Shown here in pieces: positions 48,349 to 58,366 of a DNA stretch of 64,000 nucleotides (positions are counted from its first letter, which is position 1; each line of letters opens with the position of its first letter). The DNA comes from Candidatus Latescibacterota bacterium (GTDB lineage Bacteria; Latescibacterota; UBA2968; UBA8231). Position numbers and translations under genes: made by a program. The stretch spans positions 992,001 through 1,056,000 of the forward strand of contig OZ241362.1 in the NCBI GenBank assembly GCA_965200315.1. Direction: 5' to 3'. The notes under the pieces are model-generated. The model was not told the DNA's origin. It saw nothing but the letters and a program-made list of their open reading frames with translations, and made no database searches.

Positions 48349-48394
48349 TAATAAGGTTTAATTGGAAGCTAACCACACAGAGGCGGTTTTAGGC

Positions 48395-50638
48395 ATGAGC
48401 GCAGCAAGTAGTTGGAAAGAAAAACTAGCCGGGCAAATGCCCGCTGAGCTAGCCGACGAAATCGACACCTTCGAGACTCAAATTCACCTGCGCAAGCAGG
48501 GCAAGATGGAGGAGAAGCTCTTCGCCGAGACGCGGTTGCGCCGAGGGGTGTACGGCCAGCGCTACGACAACGGCCAGCGCTACGACGGCGCTCAGACTCA
48601 ACAGCTACTCTTCCCCGAGCATCAGACCAAGGGGCCAGACACGGTCTGGCACGCCCCGGGCATGATGCGGATCAAAATCCCATTCGGTGGGCTGACGGCC
48701 GAGCAGATGGAAGTGCTAGCCGACGTGGCCGAAGAGTACTCCGAGGAAATCCTGCACGTCACCACGCGCCAAGACTTCCAAATCCACTTCATCCACCTCG
48801 AAGACACACCCGACCTGATGCGCCGCCTAGCCTCGGTGGGCATCACCACGCGCGAGGCCTGCGGCAACTCAGTGCGCAACGTCACCGCCTGCCCCCTCTC
48901 CGGCGTCTGCCGCACGGAAACCTTTGACGTAACGCCCTATGCCCAAGCCCTCATGCGCTTCCTGCTCGGGCATCCCGACTGCCAAGACTTTGGGCGCAAG
49001 TTCAAGATCGCCTTCTCTGGCTGCCAGCACGAATCCTGTGGCCTGACCAACATGCACGACCTAGGCGGCATCGCCGTGGTCAAGACCATCAACGGAGAAG
49101 AAAAGCGCGGCTTTAAGCTCTATGTCGGCGGCGGTTTGGGCGCAGTGCCACACCAAGCCCAGCTCTTCGACGAGTTCGTGCCCGCCGAGGAATTGCTGCC
49201 CATCGCCCAAGCCATCGCCCGCGTCTTTGCCCGCCTCGGCGAAAAGAGAAACCGCAATCGCGCCCGCATTAAGTTCCTCGTGGCCAAGTTAGGCATTGAG
49301 GAATTCCGCCGCTTGGTGTTGGAGGAACGCGCCATCCTGCCCGAAGATCCGAGCTGGACCGCGTTCTTAGACGACCTGCACACCACCGATGAGCAGCCGC
49401 TCAAGCCGGGCCAACCCCTCAACGGCGTGGCCGCGAGCGAAGGCTTCGTCGAATGGCACCGCACCAACGTCTATCGGCAGCGCCAAGCAGGCTATGCGGT
49501 CGCCACCGTGGTCTTGCCGCTAGGCGATATCACCTCTAGCCAGCTACGCGCATTGGCCGCCATCAGCCGGCGCTACGTGCGCGAAACCGTCCGCACCACG
49601 GTCGAGCAAAACCTCGTCCTGCGCTGGGTCAGCGAAACCGATCTGCCCCACCTCTACGACGAGCTCGTGGCCCTCGGCCTCGCCGAGTCTGGGGCCGGGA
49701 CCATTGCCGACGTGACGGCCTGCCCTGGCACCGACACCTGCAAATTAGGCATCGCCTCCTCGCGCGGCTTAGCCGCTGAGTTGCGCAATCGTCTCACTGA
49801 GGAAAACGGTCAGCTCAACGAGGCCATCGAGGCCCTGCGGATCAAAATCAGCGGCTGCTTCAACTCCTGCGGCCAACACCACGCCGCCGACATTGGCTTC
49901 TACGGCAACAGCCGCAAGATCAACGGTATCACCGTACCGCACTTTCAGGTCGTCTTGGGCGGCCAATGGCGGGAAAACGCCGGTTCCTTTGGCTTAGCCA
50001 CCGGTGCCGTGCCCTCTAAGAACATTCCCGAGGTCGTCACCCGCTTGGCCAAGCACTTTGTCGCCGAGCGCACCGCGGACGAGCCCTTCAAGGATTTCAT
50101 CACCCGCATCGGCAAGCGCCAAGTCAAGGCCATGCTCGAAGATCTGACCCAAGTGCCGTCCCACGAGGAAAACAGTTGGTACTACCAAGACTGGGGCGAC
50201 ACCCGCGAGTTTACCATGGATGACCTCGGCAAAGGCGAGTGCGCCGGCGAGGTCGTTTCCATCACGACCATGGAAATCGCCGCGGCCGAGCGCGAGGTAT
50301 TTGAAGCGCAAGTCGCCTTCGACGAGGGCCAGCTAGAAATCGCTTGGCAAGGCGCTTTGAACGCCATGCTGCGCGCAGCCCGCTCCCTAGTCAAAGAGCA
50401 ATTCTACGACGTGCCAGAAACGCCCGAGGTAGCGGTGGCCGAATTTCGCGCACGCTTCTACGACAGCGAATTGTTCTCGCCGAAATTCGCCAACTACCTC
50501 TTCGCCGCGCATCAGAACCCGCCGAGCGAATTGACCAAGGTGCAAGTCCACCGCTTTATCGAAGAAGCGCAGCTCTTCATCGAAGGCGCGTACACCTGCT
50601 ACGACAAAATCGCCGTACCCGCCGGCGCTACCGCTTGA
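48395..50638 (+). CDS. Ferredoxin-dependent sulfite/nitrite reductase (siroheme, 4Fe-4S) with a C-terminal HEPN-like extension
   Basis: RGVYGQR, HVTTRQD, ACGNSVRN, RKFKIAFSGC, ACPGTDTCKLG, KISGCFNSCGQH. Confidence 0.92.
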   Translation: MSAASSWKEKLAGQMPAELADEIDTFETQIHLRKQGKMEEKLFAETRLRRGVYGQRYDNGQRYDGAQTQQLLFPEHQTKGPDTVWHAPGMMRIKIPFGGLTAEQMEVLADVAEEYSEEILHVTTRQDFQIHFIHLEDTPDLMRRLASVGITTREACGNSVRNVTACPLSGVCRTETFDVTPYAQALMRFLLGHPDCQDFGRKFKIAFSGCQHESCGLTNMHDLGGIAVVKTINGEEKRGFKLYVGGGLGAVPHQAQLFDEFVPAEELLPIAQAIARVFARLGEKRNRNRARIKFLVAKLGIEEFRRLVLEERAILPEDPSWTAFLDDLHTTDEQPLKPGQPLNGVAASEGFVEWHRTNVYRQRQAGYAVATVVLPLGDITSSQLRALAAISRRYVRETVRTTVEQNLVLRWVSETDLPHLYDELVALGLAESGAGTIADVTACPGTDTCKLGIASSRGLAAELRNRLTEENGQLNEAIEALRIKISGCFNSCGQHHAADIGFYGNSRKINGITVPHFQVVLGGQWRENAGSFGLATGAVPSKNIPEVVTRLAKHFVAERTADEPFKDFITRIGKRQVKAMLEDLTQVPSHEENSWYYQDWGDTREFTMDDLGKGECAGEVVSITTMEIAAAEREVFEAQVAFDEGQLEIAWQGALNAMLRAARSLVKEQFYDVPETPEVAVAEFRARFYDSELFSPKFANYLFAAHQNPPSELTKVQVHRFIEEAQLFIEGAYTCYDKIAVPAGATA

Positions 50639-50644
50639 GTCTCT

Positions 50645-51223
50645 ATGGAACCTCTACAGCGCATCAACCTCAAATTCTACCTCGAAGACCCCGCGTCCCT
50701 GTCGGCCCAAGAGGCTTTTCGCATCTTCAATAGCTGGATCCCGACGACCCCAGCCGAAGTCCTCATCGACGTGGCTGACTACAGCCATTTAGATGAGGGG
50801 CCGCTGACCCTGCTCGTCGGCCACGAAGCCAACTACAGCCTCGACAACCACAGCGCCGAGATGGGCTTGCTCTACTCGCGCAAACAACCCGCCGACGGCG
50901 ACCTGACCGAGCGGCTTGCCAGTGCCTTCAAAGCGGCGCTCATCGCCTGCCGACGCCTCGAAGAAGACCCCAGCTTAGCGGGCAAAGTCAAATTTCGCAG
51001 TGGCGACGTGTCCCTAGTAGCCAACGACCGCCTCAATGCAACCAACGACGACGACGGCGAAAACGCCCTGCGGGCCGCCCTCAGTCCGGTGCTCGCCCAG
51101 ATCTTCGCCGGTGCCGAGTACTCGGTAGAGCGCGATCCTGCCCCGGAGCTGCGCCTCAACCTGAGAATACGCTGTCAAACCGACGCCGACACAGCGACCC
51201 TGCTGGGCAATCTCGCCGCTTGA
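50645..51223 (+). CDS. Hypothetical protein coupled to the reductase
   Basis: 192-aa ORF 6 nt after the reductase stop; LIDVADYSH..GP..LLVGHEANYSLD; NDRL. Confidence 0.75.
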   Translation: MEPLQRINLKFYLEDPASLSAQEAFRIFNSWIPTTPAEVLIDVADYSHLDEGPLTLLVGHEANYSLDNHSAEMGLLYSRKQPADGDLTERLASAFKAALIACRRLEEDPSLAGKVKFRSGDVSLVANDRLNATNDDDGENALRAALSPVLAQIFAGAEYSVERDPAPELRLNLRIRCQTDADTATLLGNLAA

Positions 51224-51306
51224 CAGAGGCAAGTAGGCCCGTATTTTTGCGATAGTTCCCGATTTAAAGAAACAATGAAGCAATAGCACCTTATTGGGAG
51301 GAACCC

Positions 51307-51621
51307 ATGGCTTATTACATCACCGAAACCTGCATCGACGTCAAAGACAAGGCCTGCGTCGAGGTTTGCCCCGTGGACTGCATCCATCCGATCGACGGCG
51401 AAGGCGAACCCATGCTCTACATCGACCCGGACGAGTGCATAGATTGCGGTGCCTGCGAGCCGGAGTGCCCGGTCGAGGCGATTTTCGCCGAAGAGGACAT
51501 GCCCGAGGATCAAGACCGCTTCGTCGAGATCAACACCAAGTACTTTGAGCTGCGCGACGACGCCGAAGAATGGAACGAGTGGAAGCAGGAACACGCAGCC
51601 GAATTCGAAAAGACGAGCTAG
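51307..51621 (+). CDS. Dicluster (7Fe/8Fe-type) ferredoxin
   Basis: GGAGG RBS; CIDVKDKACVEVCPVDCI..CIDCGACEPECPV. Confidence 0.95.
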   Translation: MAYYITETCIDVKDKACVEVCPVDCIHPIDGEGEPMLYIDPDECIDCGACEPECPVEAIFAEEDMPEDQDRFVEINTKYFELRDDAEEWNEWKQEHAAEFEKTS

Positions 51622-51635
51622 GAAGCACGTCCTTT

Positions 51636-51682
51636 GCGCGAAAAAGCCGGGATGCCCCACGGGTTTCCCGGCTTTTTCGCGC
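51636..51682. terminator. Bidirectional Rho-independent terminator
   Basis: 17-bp perfect inverted repeat GCGCGAAAAAGCCGGGA / TCCCGGCTTTTTCGCGC. Confidence 0.85.
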
Positions 51683-51746
51683 TTGACGATATCGGACCCA
51701 CCCCGCTTATTTTTTGCCCTAACGAGCATTGCCGGAGATAGCATAC

Positions 51747-52757
51747 ATGGCAAAGACAACTGCCCGCAAAAAACCCAAAACAAAAAAAGCCAAGCTCCGA
51801 GCCGCGCCCGACAAACTGTGGTTCATGTACCGCAAGATGTCCGAGATTCGCCTCTTTGAAGAGCACGTCTGGGACGTCTATACCCGCGGCCTGATGCCCG
51901 GCTTGGCCCACCTTTACATCGGCGAGGAAGGCGTGGCCGTCGGCACTTGCGCGGCCCTGAGCGACGACGACTACATCACCAGCACCCACCGCGGCCACGG
52001 ACACTGTCTGGCCAAGGGTGGCCAACTCGACCGCATGATGGCCGAGATCATGGGCAAGGAAGCCGGCTATTGCCGCGGCAAGGGCGGGTCCATGCACATC
52101 GCCGATATGTCGCTGGGCATCCTCGGTGCCAACGGCATTGTCGGTGGCGGCTTTGGCATCTGCACCGGCGCCGGCCTGTCGGCCAAGCTGCGCGGCAGCG
52201 ATCAAGTGGGCGTCTGCTTCTTCGGCGACGGCGCGGCCAACCAAGGCATCATGCTCGAAACAATTAACATGGCCGTGATCTGGAACCTGCCGGTCATCTA
52301 CATCTGCGAGAACAACCAATACGGCGAGCACACCCCCTACGAGAGCGTCACCGGCGTCACCGACATCGCCGACCGCGCCAAGGGCCTCGGCCTCGAAGGA
52401 GTCATCGCCGACGGGGCCGATGTGCTGGAGATGTACGAAAAAGTAACCTCAGCGGTGACCAAGGCGCGCAAGGGCCACGGCCCGAGCCTAATCGAAGCTA
52501 AAACCTACCGCTACCACGGGCACCACGTCGGCGACGCCCAGACCTACCGCACCCGCGATGAGGTCGGCTGGTGGTCTGAAAACAAGGACCCCATCCGCCT
52601 GCTGGGCCAATACATGGTCGCCAACCGGGTCGCCAAACAGGCCGAGCTCGACGCCCTGTACGAGCAAGTGGAGCGCGAGGTTCTCGACGCCATCGAATTC
52701 GGCAAAGAAGCCGACTTCCCCCCGCCAGAACAAGCTTTTGAGGATATATATGCCTGA
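51747..52757 (+). CDS. TPP-dependent dehydrogenase E1 alpha subunit (AcoA/PdhA-like)
   Basis: HLYIGEE, STHRGHGH, GKGGSMH, FFGDGAAN..ENNQY, TYRYHGH. Confidence 0.93.
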   Translation: MAKTTARKKPKTKKAKLRAAPDKLWFMYRKMSEIRLFEEHVWDVYTRGLMPGLAHLYIGEEGVAVGTCAALSDDDYITSTHRGHGHCLAKGGQLDRMMAEIMGKEAGYCRGKGGSMHIADMSLGILGANGIVGGGFGICTGAGLSAKLRGSDQVGVCFFGDGAANQGIMLETINMAVIWNLPVIYICENNQYGEHTPYESVTGVTDIADRAKGLGLEGVIADGADVLEMYEKVTSAVTKARKGHGPSLIEAKTYRYHGHHVGDAQTYRTRDEVGWWSENKDPIRLLGQYMVANRVAKQAELDALYEQVEREVLDAIEFGKEADFPPPEQAFEDIYA

Positions 52758-53733
52758 TCGAGACATGCTGTTTAGAGAGGCGATCGGCCTAGCCACGGCC
52801 GAGGAAATGCGCCGCGACGAGACCGTCTTTGTCATGGGCGAGGACGTAGGGGCCTCTGGCGGCATCTTCAAATGCTGCGAGGGCCTCTTCGAGGAATTCG
52901 GCGCGGAGCGCGTCATCGACACCCCCATTGCCGAGGCGGGCTACATCGGGCTCGGCGTCGGGGCCGCCATGACCGGCATGCGCCCGCTGTGCGAGCTGAT
53001 GTTCGGCGACTTTTCGCTGTTGACCATGGACCAGATCGTCAATCAGGCCGCTAAAATCCGCTACATGTCGGGCGGCCAGTGCAAGGTGCCGCTGACCATC
53101 CGGCTGTCGATGGGGGCCGGGCGCTCTTCAGCCGCTCAGCACTCCCAGAGCTTGCACGCGCTTTTCGCCCATATCCCCGGCCTTAAAGTCGCCATCCCGG
53201 CGACGCCGCGCGACGCCAAGGGCTTGCTCAAGACCGCGATTCGCGACGACAATCCCGTGCTGTTCTTTGAAGACAAAATGATGTACAACGACTCTGGCCC
53301 CGTGCCCGAAGAAGACGGCTTCCTCATCCCCTTTGGCGAGGCCGAGATCAAGCGCGCCGGCACCGACTTGACCCTCGTCGCTACCTCCAGCATGGTCGAC
53401 GTCGCCTTGGCCGCGGCGGAAGACCTTGCCGCCCAAGGGCTAGAAGCCGAGGTCGTCGATCCGCGCACCCTCGTGCCGCTAGACAAGGAGACCCTGCTGG
53501 CCTCGGTGCGCAAAACCGGCTATGCAGTGGTAATCGACGAAGGCGTCGAGCGCTACGGCACCACGGCCGAACTCGCTTCCATCCTCAACGCCGAGGCCTT
53601 CGATTGGCTCGACGCACCCGTCTTGCGCATCGGCGCGGCCGACGTGCCCATCCCCTTCAGCCCCACCCTCGAGATGCCGACTATTCCCAGCCAAGAGCGC
53701 ATCGTCGAGACCGTCCTTTCCCAGCGAGGTTAG
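52750..53733 (+). CDS. TPP-dependent dehydrogenase E1 beta subunit (AcoB/PdhB-like)
   Basis: MGEDVG, DTPIAE, DQIVNQAAK, AQHSQ, DPRTLVPLD, LDAPV. Confidence 0.93.
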   Translation: MPDRDMLFREAIGLATAEEMRRDETVFVMGEDVGASGGIFKCCEGLFEEFGAERVIDTPIAEAGYIGLGVGAAMTGMRPLCELMFGDFSLLTMDQIVNQAAKIRYMSGGQCKVPLTIRLSMGAGRSSAAQHSQSLHALFAHIPGLKVAIPATPRDAKGLLKTAIRDDNPVLFFEDKMMYNDSGPVPEEDGFLIPFGEAEIKRAGTDLTLVATSSMVDVALAAAEDLAAQGLEAEVVDPRTLVPLDKETLLASVRKTGYAVVIDEGVERYGTTAELASILNAEAFDWLDAPVLRIGAADVPIPFSPTLEMPTIPSQERIVETVLSQRG

Positions 53734-53737
53734 GCTT

Positions 53738-54643
53738 TTGTCGCGCCCAGCTTGCTTGGTCACCGGCTCCTCGAGCGGGATTGGCGCGGCCATCGTCCGC
53801 CAATTCGCCGCCCAAGGCTTTGACGTGGTGGTCCACTACAACGCCGGCGAGGAGCGCGCCGCCCAGATCGCCGCGGCCATTCGCGCCGAGCACGCGGTCG
53901 AAGCCCTAGTCCTCGGTGCCGATCTCGCGCAGCCAGCGGCCCCTTTCGACCTAGTGGACCGCACCTTCGCGCACTTCGGCCGCCTCGACATAGCAATCAG
54001 CAACAGCGGCGTGGCCAACTACGTTGCCGACGAACAGGGCCAACTCGTGCGCTATCGCTTCAGCGAAACCCCGGTTGAACACCTCGACAAGGAGATGGAT
54101 CGCGTCCTCAGCCTCAACCTCATGGGGGCCTATCGGCTGGCCCAACGCGCCCTCAAGTATATGGTCGAACAAGCCTCACAAGAAGCCGATCCCCTCCACC
54201 GCAGCATTCTCCTAATTACCTCCATCTCGGATGTTGCCCCCGAGAGTACCCGCATTCCCTACGGAGTCAGCAAAGCCGGCCTCAATCACGTGGTCGCCGG
54301 AGCGGCCTTCGACGGCGGGCCGCACAACATCACGGTCAACGCCCTGCGCCCCGGGGTCGTCGATACGCCGATGACCAGCCGCCCCTCGGGCGTGGAAGAC
54401 CCGCAATCGGGCCGCGAGTTCACAGTGGCCGAGATTTATGGTCTGATGGCCGCCGGGGGTTCCCAACCCATTCGCCGCATCGGACGCCCCGAGGACATCG
54501 CCTTCGCCTCCTACGCCTTCACGCAGATCCCCTACATGACCGGCCAACTCATCGCCGTTGACGGCGGCTTTACCCTGCCCGGCAATTTTCCCAACCGCGA
54601 GGTCTTTCTCCAAGAGGGCCTGCGGAAGCGGCAATCTAGTTAA
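53738..54643 (+). CDS. Short-chain dehydrogenase/reductase
   Basis: TGSSSGIG, YGVSK (YxxxK), VNALRPG, TGQLIAVDGG. Confidence 0.92.
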   Translation: MSRPACLVTGSSSGIGAAIVRQFAAQGFDVVVHYNAGEERAAQIAAAIRAEHAVEALVLGADLAQPAAPFDLVDRTFAHFGRLDIAISNSGVANYVADEQGQLVRYRFSETPVEHLDKEMDRVLSLNLMGAYRLAQRALKYMVEQASQEADPLHRSILLITSISDVAPESTRIPYGVSKAGLNHVVAGAAFDGGPHNITVNALRPGVVDTPMTSRPSGVEDPQSGREFTVAEIYGLMAAGGSQPIRRIGRPEDIAFASYAFTQIPYMTGQLIAVDGGFTLPGNFPNREVFLQEGLRKRQSS

Positions 54644-54739
54644 GCGGTCGTTCGCACCTAAAGACCCAACTCCCCCTCTCGGCCCGCTCCTCGTAAATTG
54701 GCGATCCTATCGTGGTGGATTATCGTTCAAGGTATGGTC

Positions 54740-55003
54740 GATCTATAGAATAAAGCCCCGCCTACAAAGCCCCGTCGTCGTGCATGGGGCCTGTCAGACC
54801 GGCAAGACCACCTTGGTTCAAGGGTCTCTCCCATAGCTCAAGGACGTACCTTCCTTTCCCTCGACGACTTTGATGTGCGCGCTGTGGCCCAGAGCAATCC
54901 GGCGGCCCTGTTGATCGGCCGCGATCGCATCACCTTAAACGAAATCCAACGACAACTCGATCTGCTGCTGGCCATAAAGGCCGAGGTCGATCGCCAGCAC
55001 TAG
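54740..55003 (+). pseudogene. AAA_14/DUF4143-type ATPase, N-terminal fragment
   Basis: PVVVHGACQTGKTTLV (Walker A), then a frameshift to FLSLDD..ITLNEIQR..LLLAIK.EVD and a stop. Confidence 0.75.
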
Positions 55004-55052
55004 CCCGGTCACTTGCACTCGCATGGTGTACGTAATGGATAGGGATAACAAC

Positions 55053-55272
55053 GTGGAATCTACGGCGAAATTGTTTCAGAATGGACGTTCACAGGCCGTT
55101 CGGCTGCCCAAGCACTGAGGTCAAGCTCCGCAAGGAAGGCGATGCGGTCATTTTGGAACCACTTGAACGACGCGAATGGGCCGATGGATCCTGGGATATT
55201 TTTGCTCCGGAGCCGGATTTTGAGCTCCCCCAACCCCTAGCGATCCAACCTTTTGATTTGGTTCGGCGGTGA
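55053..55272 (+). pseudogene. VapB/VagC (AbrB-type) antitoxin, frameshifted, with no toxin adjacent
   Basis: VESTAKLFQNGRSQAVRLPK, then a deletion and frameshift, then TEVKLRKEGDAVILEP..W. Confidence 0.85.
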
Positions 55273-55273
55273 T

Positions 55274-56023
55274 CTAGTGCTCTTTGATGCTGCCCACCTG
55301 GATTTCGATGTCTTCGCGATTGGCTACCCGCTCTAGCCTCCCATCGCGGATCCAAGCCATGCGGTCGGCGGCCGTGAGCATTTTGTCGTCGTGAGTCACG
55401 GTAATGATCGTCGTCCCCATCTCCTGTTGCAGGCTTTTCATGTAGTTGATGATCTCCTGACCAGTATTGCTGTCGAGGTTGCCGGTCGGCTCGTCGGCGA
55501 GGATGATGCGCGGCTTGTTGACAAAGGCGCGAGCAATGGCGACGCGCTGCTGTTGACCGCCCGACAGCTCGGAGGGGATGTGATGCGCCCTATCGCCTAG
55601 GCCGACGATCCGCAAACACTCCAAGGCCCGCCGCTCGCCTTCGGCCGTGGTCATGCCGGCAAACACAGTGGGCAGCGACACGTTCATCAGCGCACTCATC
55701 ACCGGCAAGAGATTGTAGGTCTGGAAAATGTACCCCAGCTCAAAGCAGCGCACCGCCGCTAGCTGTTGCACGTTGAGCGAGGCCAGATTGACGCCCTCAA
55801 TGAGTACCTCGCCGCCAGTGGGCGTCTGTAGGGCACCGATCATATTGAAAAGCGTGCTCTTCCCCGATCCAGAAGGCCCCATAATGGCAAAAAACTCGTT
55901 TTCGTACACCTGTAAGGTCAAACCGCGCAACGCGTGAACATGGGTCGATTCGTCGCGGTTTTTGGCATTGTAAACCATCTTGACGTCTCGGACGTCAACT
56001 ATCACATCGCGACCATTTGACAT
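55274..56023 (-). CDS. ABC transporter ATP-binding protein (LolD/MacB-type), no permease adjacent
   Basis: [38 protein letters not shown]. Confidence 0.95.
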   Translation of the reverse strand: MSNGRDVIVDVRDVKMVYNAKNRDESTHVHALRGLTLQVYENEFFAIMGPSGSGKSTLFNMIGALQTPTGGEVLIEGVNLASLNVQQLAAVRCFELGYIFQTYNLLPVMSALMNVSLPTVFAGMTTAEGERRALECLRIVGLGDRAHHIPSELSGGQQQRVAIARAFVNKPRIILADEPTGNLDSNTGQEIINYMKSLQQEMGTTIITVTHDDKMLTAADRMAWIRDGRLERVANREDIEIQVGSIKEH

Positions 56024-56114
56024 AATGTGCTCCTACTATTTTGATGTTGCTGCTACAAGACCGGATCAATCTAAAATGGACCTCGCCGCAGGTCAACATT
56101 TGGCGGCGCGGCCT

Positions 56115-58109
56115 TTAACTCACCTGCTGCTCCTTGATCCGCGTGATTTCATCGCGCAGATGCGCGGCCTTTTCAAAATCCAAGTTGGCCGCCGCGGCCT
56201 TCATCTGCTGTTCCAAGTCGGCGAGCAGCTCTTCTTGGTCTTCTATTTCTTGGTAGTTAATCGTCGGCTCGGCGACCAGTTCGGGCGCGAGGCCACGCAC
56301 GCTTTCGAGCACTGAGGTCGCCTGGATAATCTCTTCCCGGCTGCGGTATATGGTCTCCGGCACAATGGCGTGCTCGGCGTTGTACGCCTCTTGCTTGTGG
56401 CGGCGGCGATACGTCTCGTCTATGGCCTTCTGCATCGAATTGGTGACGCGGTCGGCGTAGAAGATCACCTTGCCGGCGGCGTTGCGGGCTGCGCGACCAA
56501 TGGTTTGGACCAGCGCCGTCTCCGAGCGCAGAAAGCCCTCCTTGCTGGCGTCGAGCACGGCCACCAGCGAGACCTCGGGCAAATCCAAGCCTTCGCGCAG
56601 CAGGTTGATCCCCACCAGCACGTCAAACTCCCCCAAGCGCAGATCGCGGAGGATCTCGACGCGGTCCAACGTCTCAATATCCGAATGCAGGTAGCGCACG
56701 CGGATGTCGAGCTGTTCAAAGTAGTCGGCGAGATTTTCGGCCATGCGCTTGGTCATGGTCGTGACCAAGACCCGCTCGCTCCTTTCGGCCCGCAGCCTGA
56801 TCTCCTCGACGAGGTCGTCGATCTGCCCAGCTTGGGGCCGCACCTCAATGGAGGGATCGACCAACCCGGTGGGCCGAATCACCTGCTCGACCACCACGCC
56901 GCCCGACTGCTTCAGCTCGTACTCGGCCGGCGTGGCCGACACAAAAACCGTCCAGCCCATCCGCTCCTCAAATTCTCTGAATACCAGCGGCCGATTGTCG
57001 TAGGCCGACGGCAAACGAAAGCCGTGCTCAACCAAGTTCTCCTTGCGCGAGCGGTCGCCGCGAAACATGCCCCGGATCTGCGGCACTGTAACGTGCGACT
57101 CGTCGATAAAAAGCAGGTAATCCTCGGGGAAGTAATCAAGCAATACATAGGGAGCAGACCCTCGCTGGCGACCGTCCATGTAGCGCGAGTAGTTTTCGAT
57201 CCCCGGACAGAAGCCGACCTCGCGGATCAGCTCGACGTCGTATTTGGTGCGCGTCTCCAGCCGATGCGCCTCCACGAGCTTGTTCTCCGTGCGTAGATCG
57301 AGGAGCTGGCTCTCCAGCTCGACGAGGATTTGCTCGCAGGCTTGCTCCGTCCGCTCCTCGTCGGTCACGTAGGCTTTGGCCGGGAAGAGGCTGACGTGTT
57401 CGCGCGGCTCCAGCACCTCGCCGGTGAGCGCGTCGATCAGGTAAATGCCCTCGATCTCGTCGCCAAACATCTCAATGCGCACGGCGCGGTCTTCCGACCC
57501 GGGCACGATCTCGACGATATCGCCTCGCACCCGAAAGTAGCCGCGCTGCAGCTCGAAATCATTGCGGCTGTAATAGATGTCTATTAGGGCGCGCAAAATG
57601 TCGTCGCGCTCGATTTGATCGCCGCGCCGCAGGGAGACCTTCTGCTCGTCGTAGTCGCGGGGCGAGCCAATGCCGTAAATGCACGATACTGTGGCGACGA
57701 CGACCACATCGCGGCGCTGCAACAGCGAGCTGATGGCCTTGAGCCGCAAGCGGTCGATCTCCTCGTTGCGCTCGACCTCTTTTTCGATATAGGTGTCCGT
57801 GCTCGGCTTGTAGGCTTCGGGCTGATAGTAGTCATAGTAGCTGACGAAGTACTCGACCGCACTGTCGGGAAAATACCCCTTGAGCTCTCCGTAGAGTTGG
57901 GCCGCTAGTGTCTTGTTGTGCGAGATGACCAAGGCCGGCATCTGCAACTGTTTGATGACGTTGGCCATGGTGAAGGTTTTGCCGCTACCGGTCACGCCCA
58001 ACAGCGTCTGGCGAACGTGCTGCTGCCGCACACCCTCGACCAACTCGGCGATGGCTTGGGGCTGGTCGCCAGCGGGCTCATACTCGGAAATTAGCTCGAA
58101 CTGATCCAT
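56115..58109 (-). CDS. uvrB: Excinuclease ABC subunit B
   Basis: PAGDQP, GVTGSGKT, YYDYYQPEAY, DESH, GINLLREGLDLPEV, C-terminal UVR domain. Confidence 0.99.
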   Translation of the reverse strand: MDQFELISEYEPAGDQPQAIAELVEGVRQQHVRQTLLGVTGSGKTFTMANVIKQLQMPALVISHNKTLAAQLYGELKGYFPDSAVEYFVSYYDYYQPEAYKPSTDTYIEKEVERNEEIDRLRLKAISSLLQRRDVVVVATVSCIYGIGSPRDYDEQKVSLRRGDQIERDDILRALIDIYYSRNDFELQRGYFRVRGDIVEIVPGSEDRAVRIEMFGDEIEGIYLIDALTGEVLEPREHVSLFPAKAYVTDEERTEQACEQILVELESQLLDLRTENKLVEAHRLETRTKYDVELIREVGFCPGIENYSRYMDGRQRGSAPYVLLDYFPEDYLLFIDESHVTVPQIRGMFRGDRSRKENLVEHGFRLPSAYDNRPLVFREFEERMGWTVFVSATPAEYELKQSGGVVVEQVIRPTGLVDPSIEVRPQAGQIDDLVEEIRLRAERSERVLVTTMTKRMAENLADYFEQLDIRVRYLHSDIETLDRVEILRDLRLGEFDVLVGINLLREGLDLPEVSLVAVLDASKEGFLRSETALVQTIGRAARNAAGKVIFYADRVTNSMQKAIDETYRRRHKQEAYNAEHAIVPETIYRSREEIIQATSVLESVRGLAPELVAEPTINYQEIEDQEELLADLEQQMKAAAANLDFEKAAHLRDEITRIKEQQVS

Positions 58110-58366
58110 GGATTCTCCTTGCGTGTGGCACAATCTAGCCGGGCACTAACACCCTGTCAACGTGCCCTGCCTGACACGCCTCAGTGCCACTATAGCACAA
58201 ATTTGCTGCCATTATGTCTCCACAAGGCGTTTTATAGCCGATCTTATCCTTAATTATGGGGTGGTACGTATCTTGCTTTATGAACTGAACGACATGCACG
58301 AGACATTTGCCACTACTATTGACCATTGCCCTCATTGTGAAGGGACCTAGATAAAAGAAACTTACC

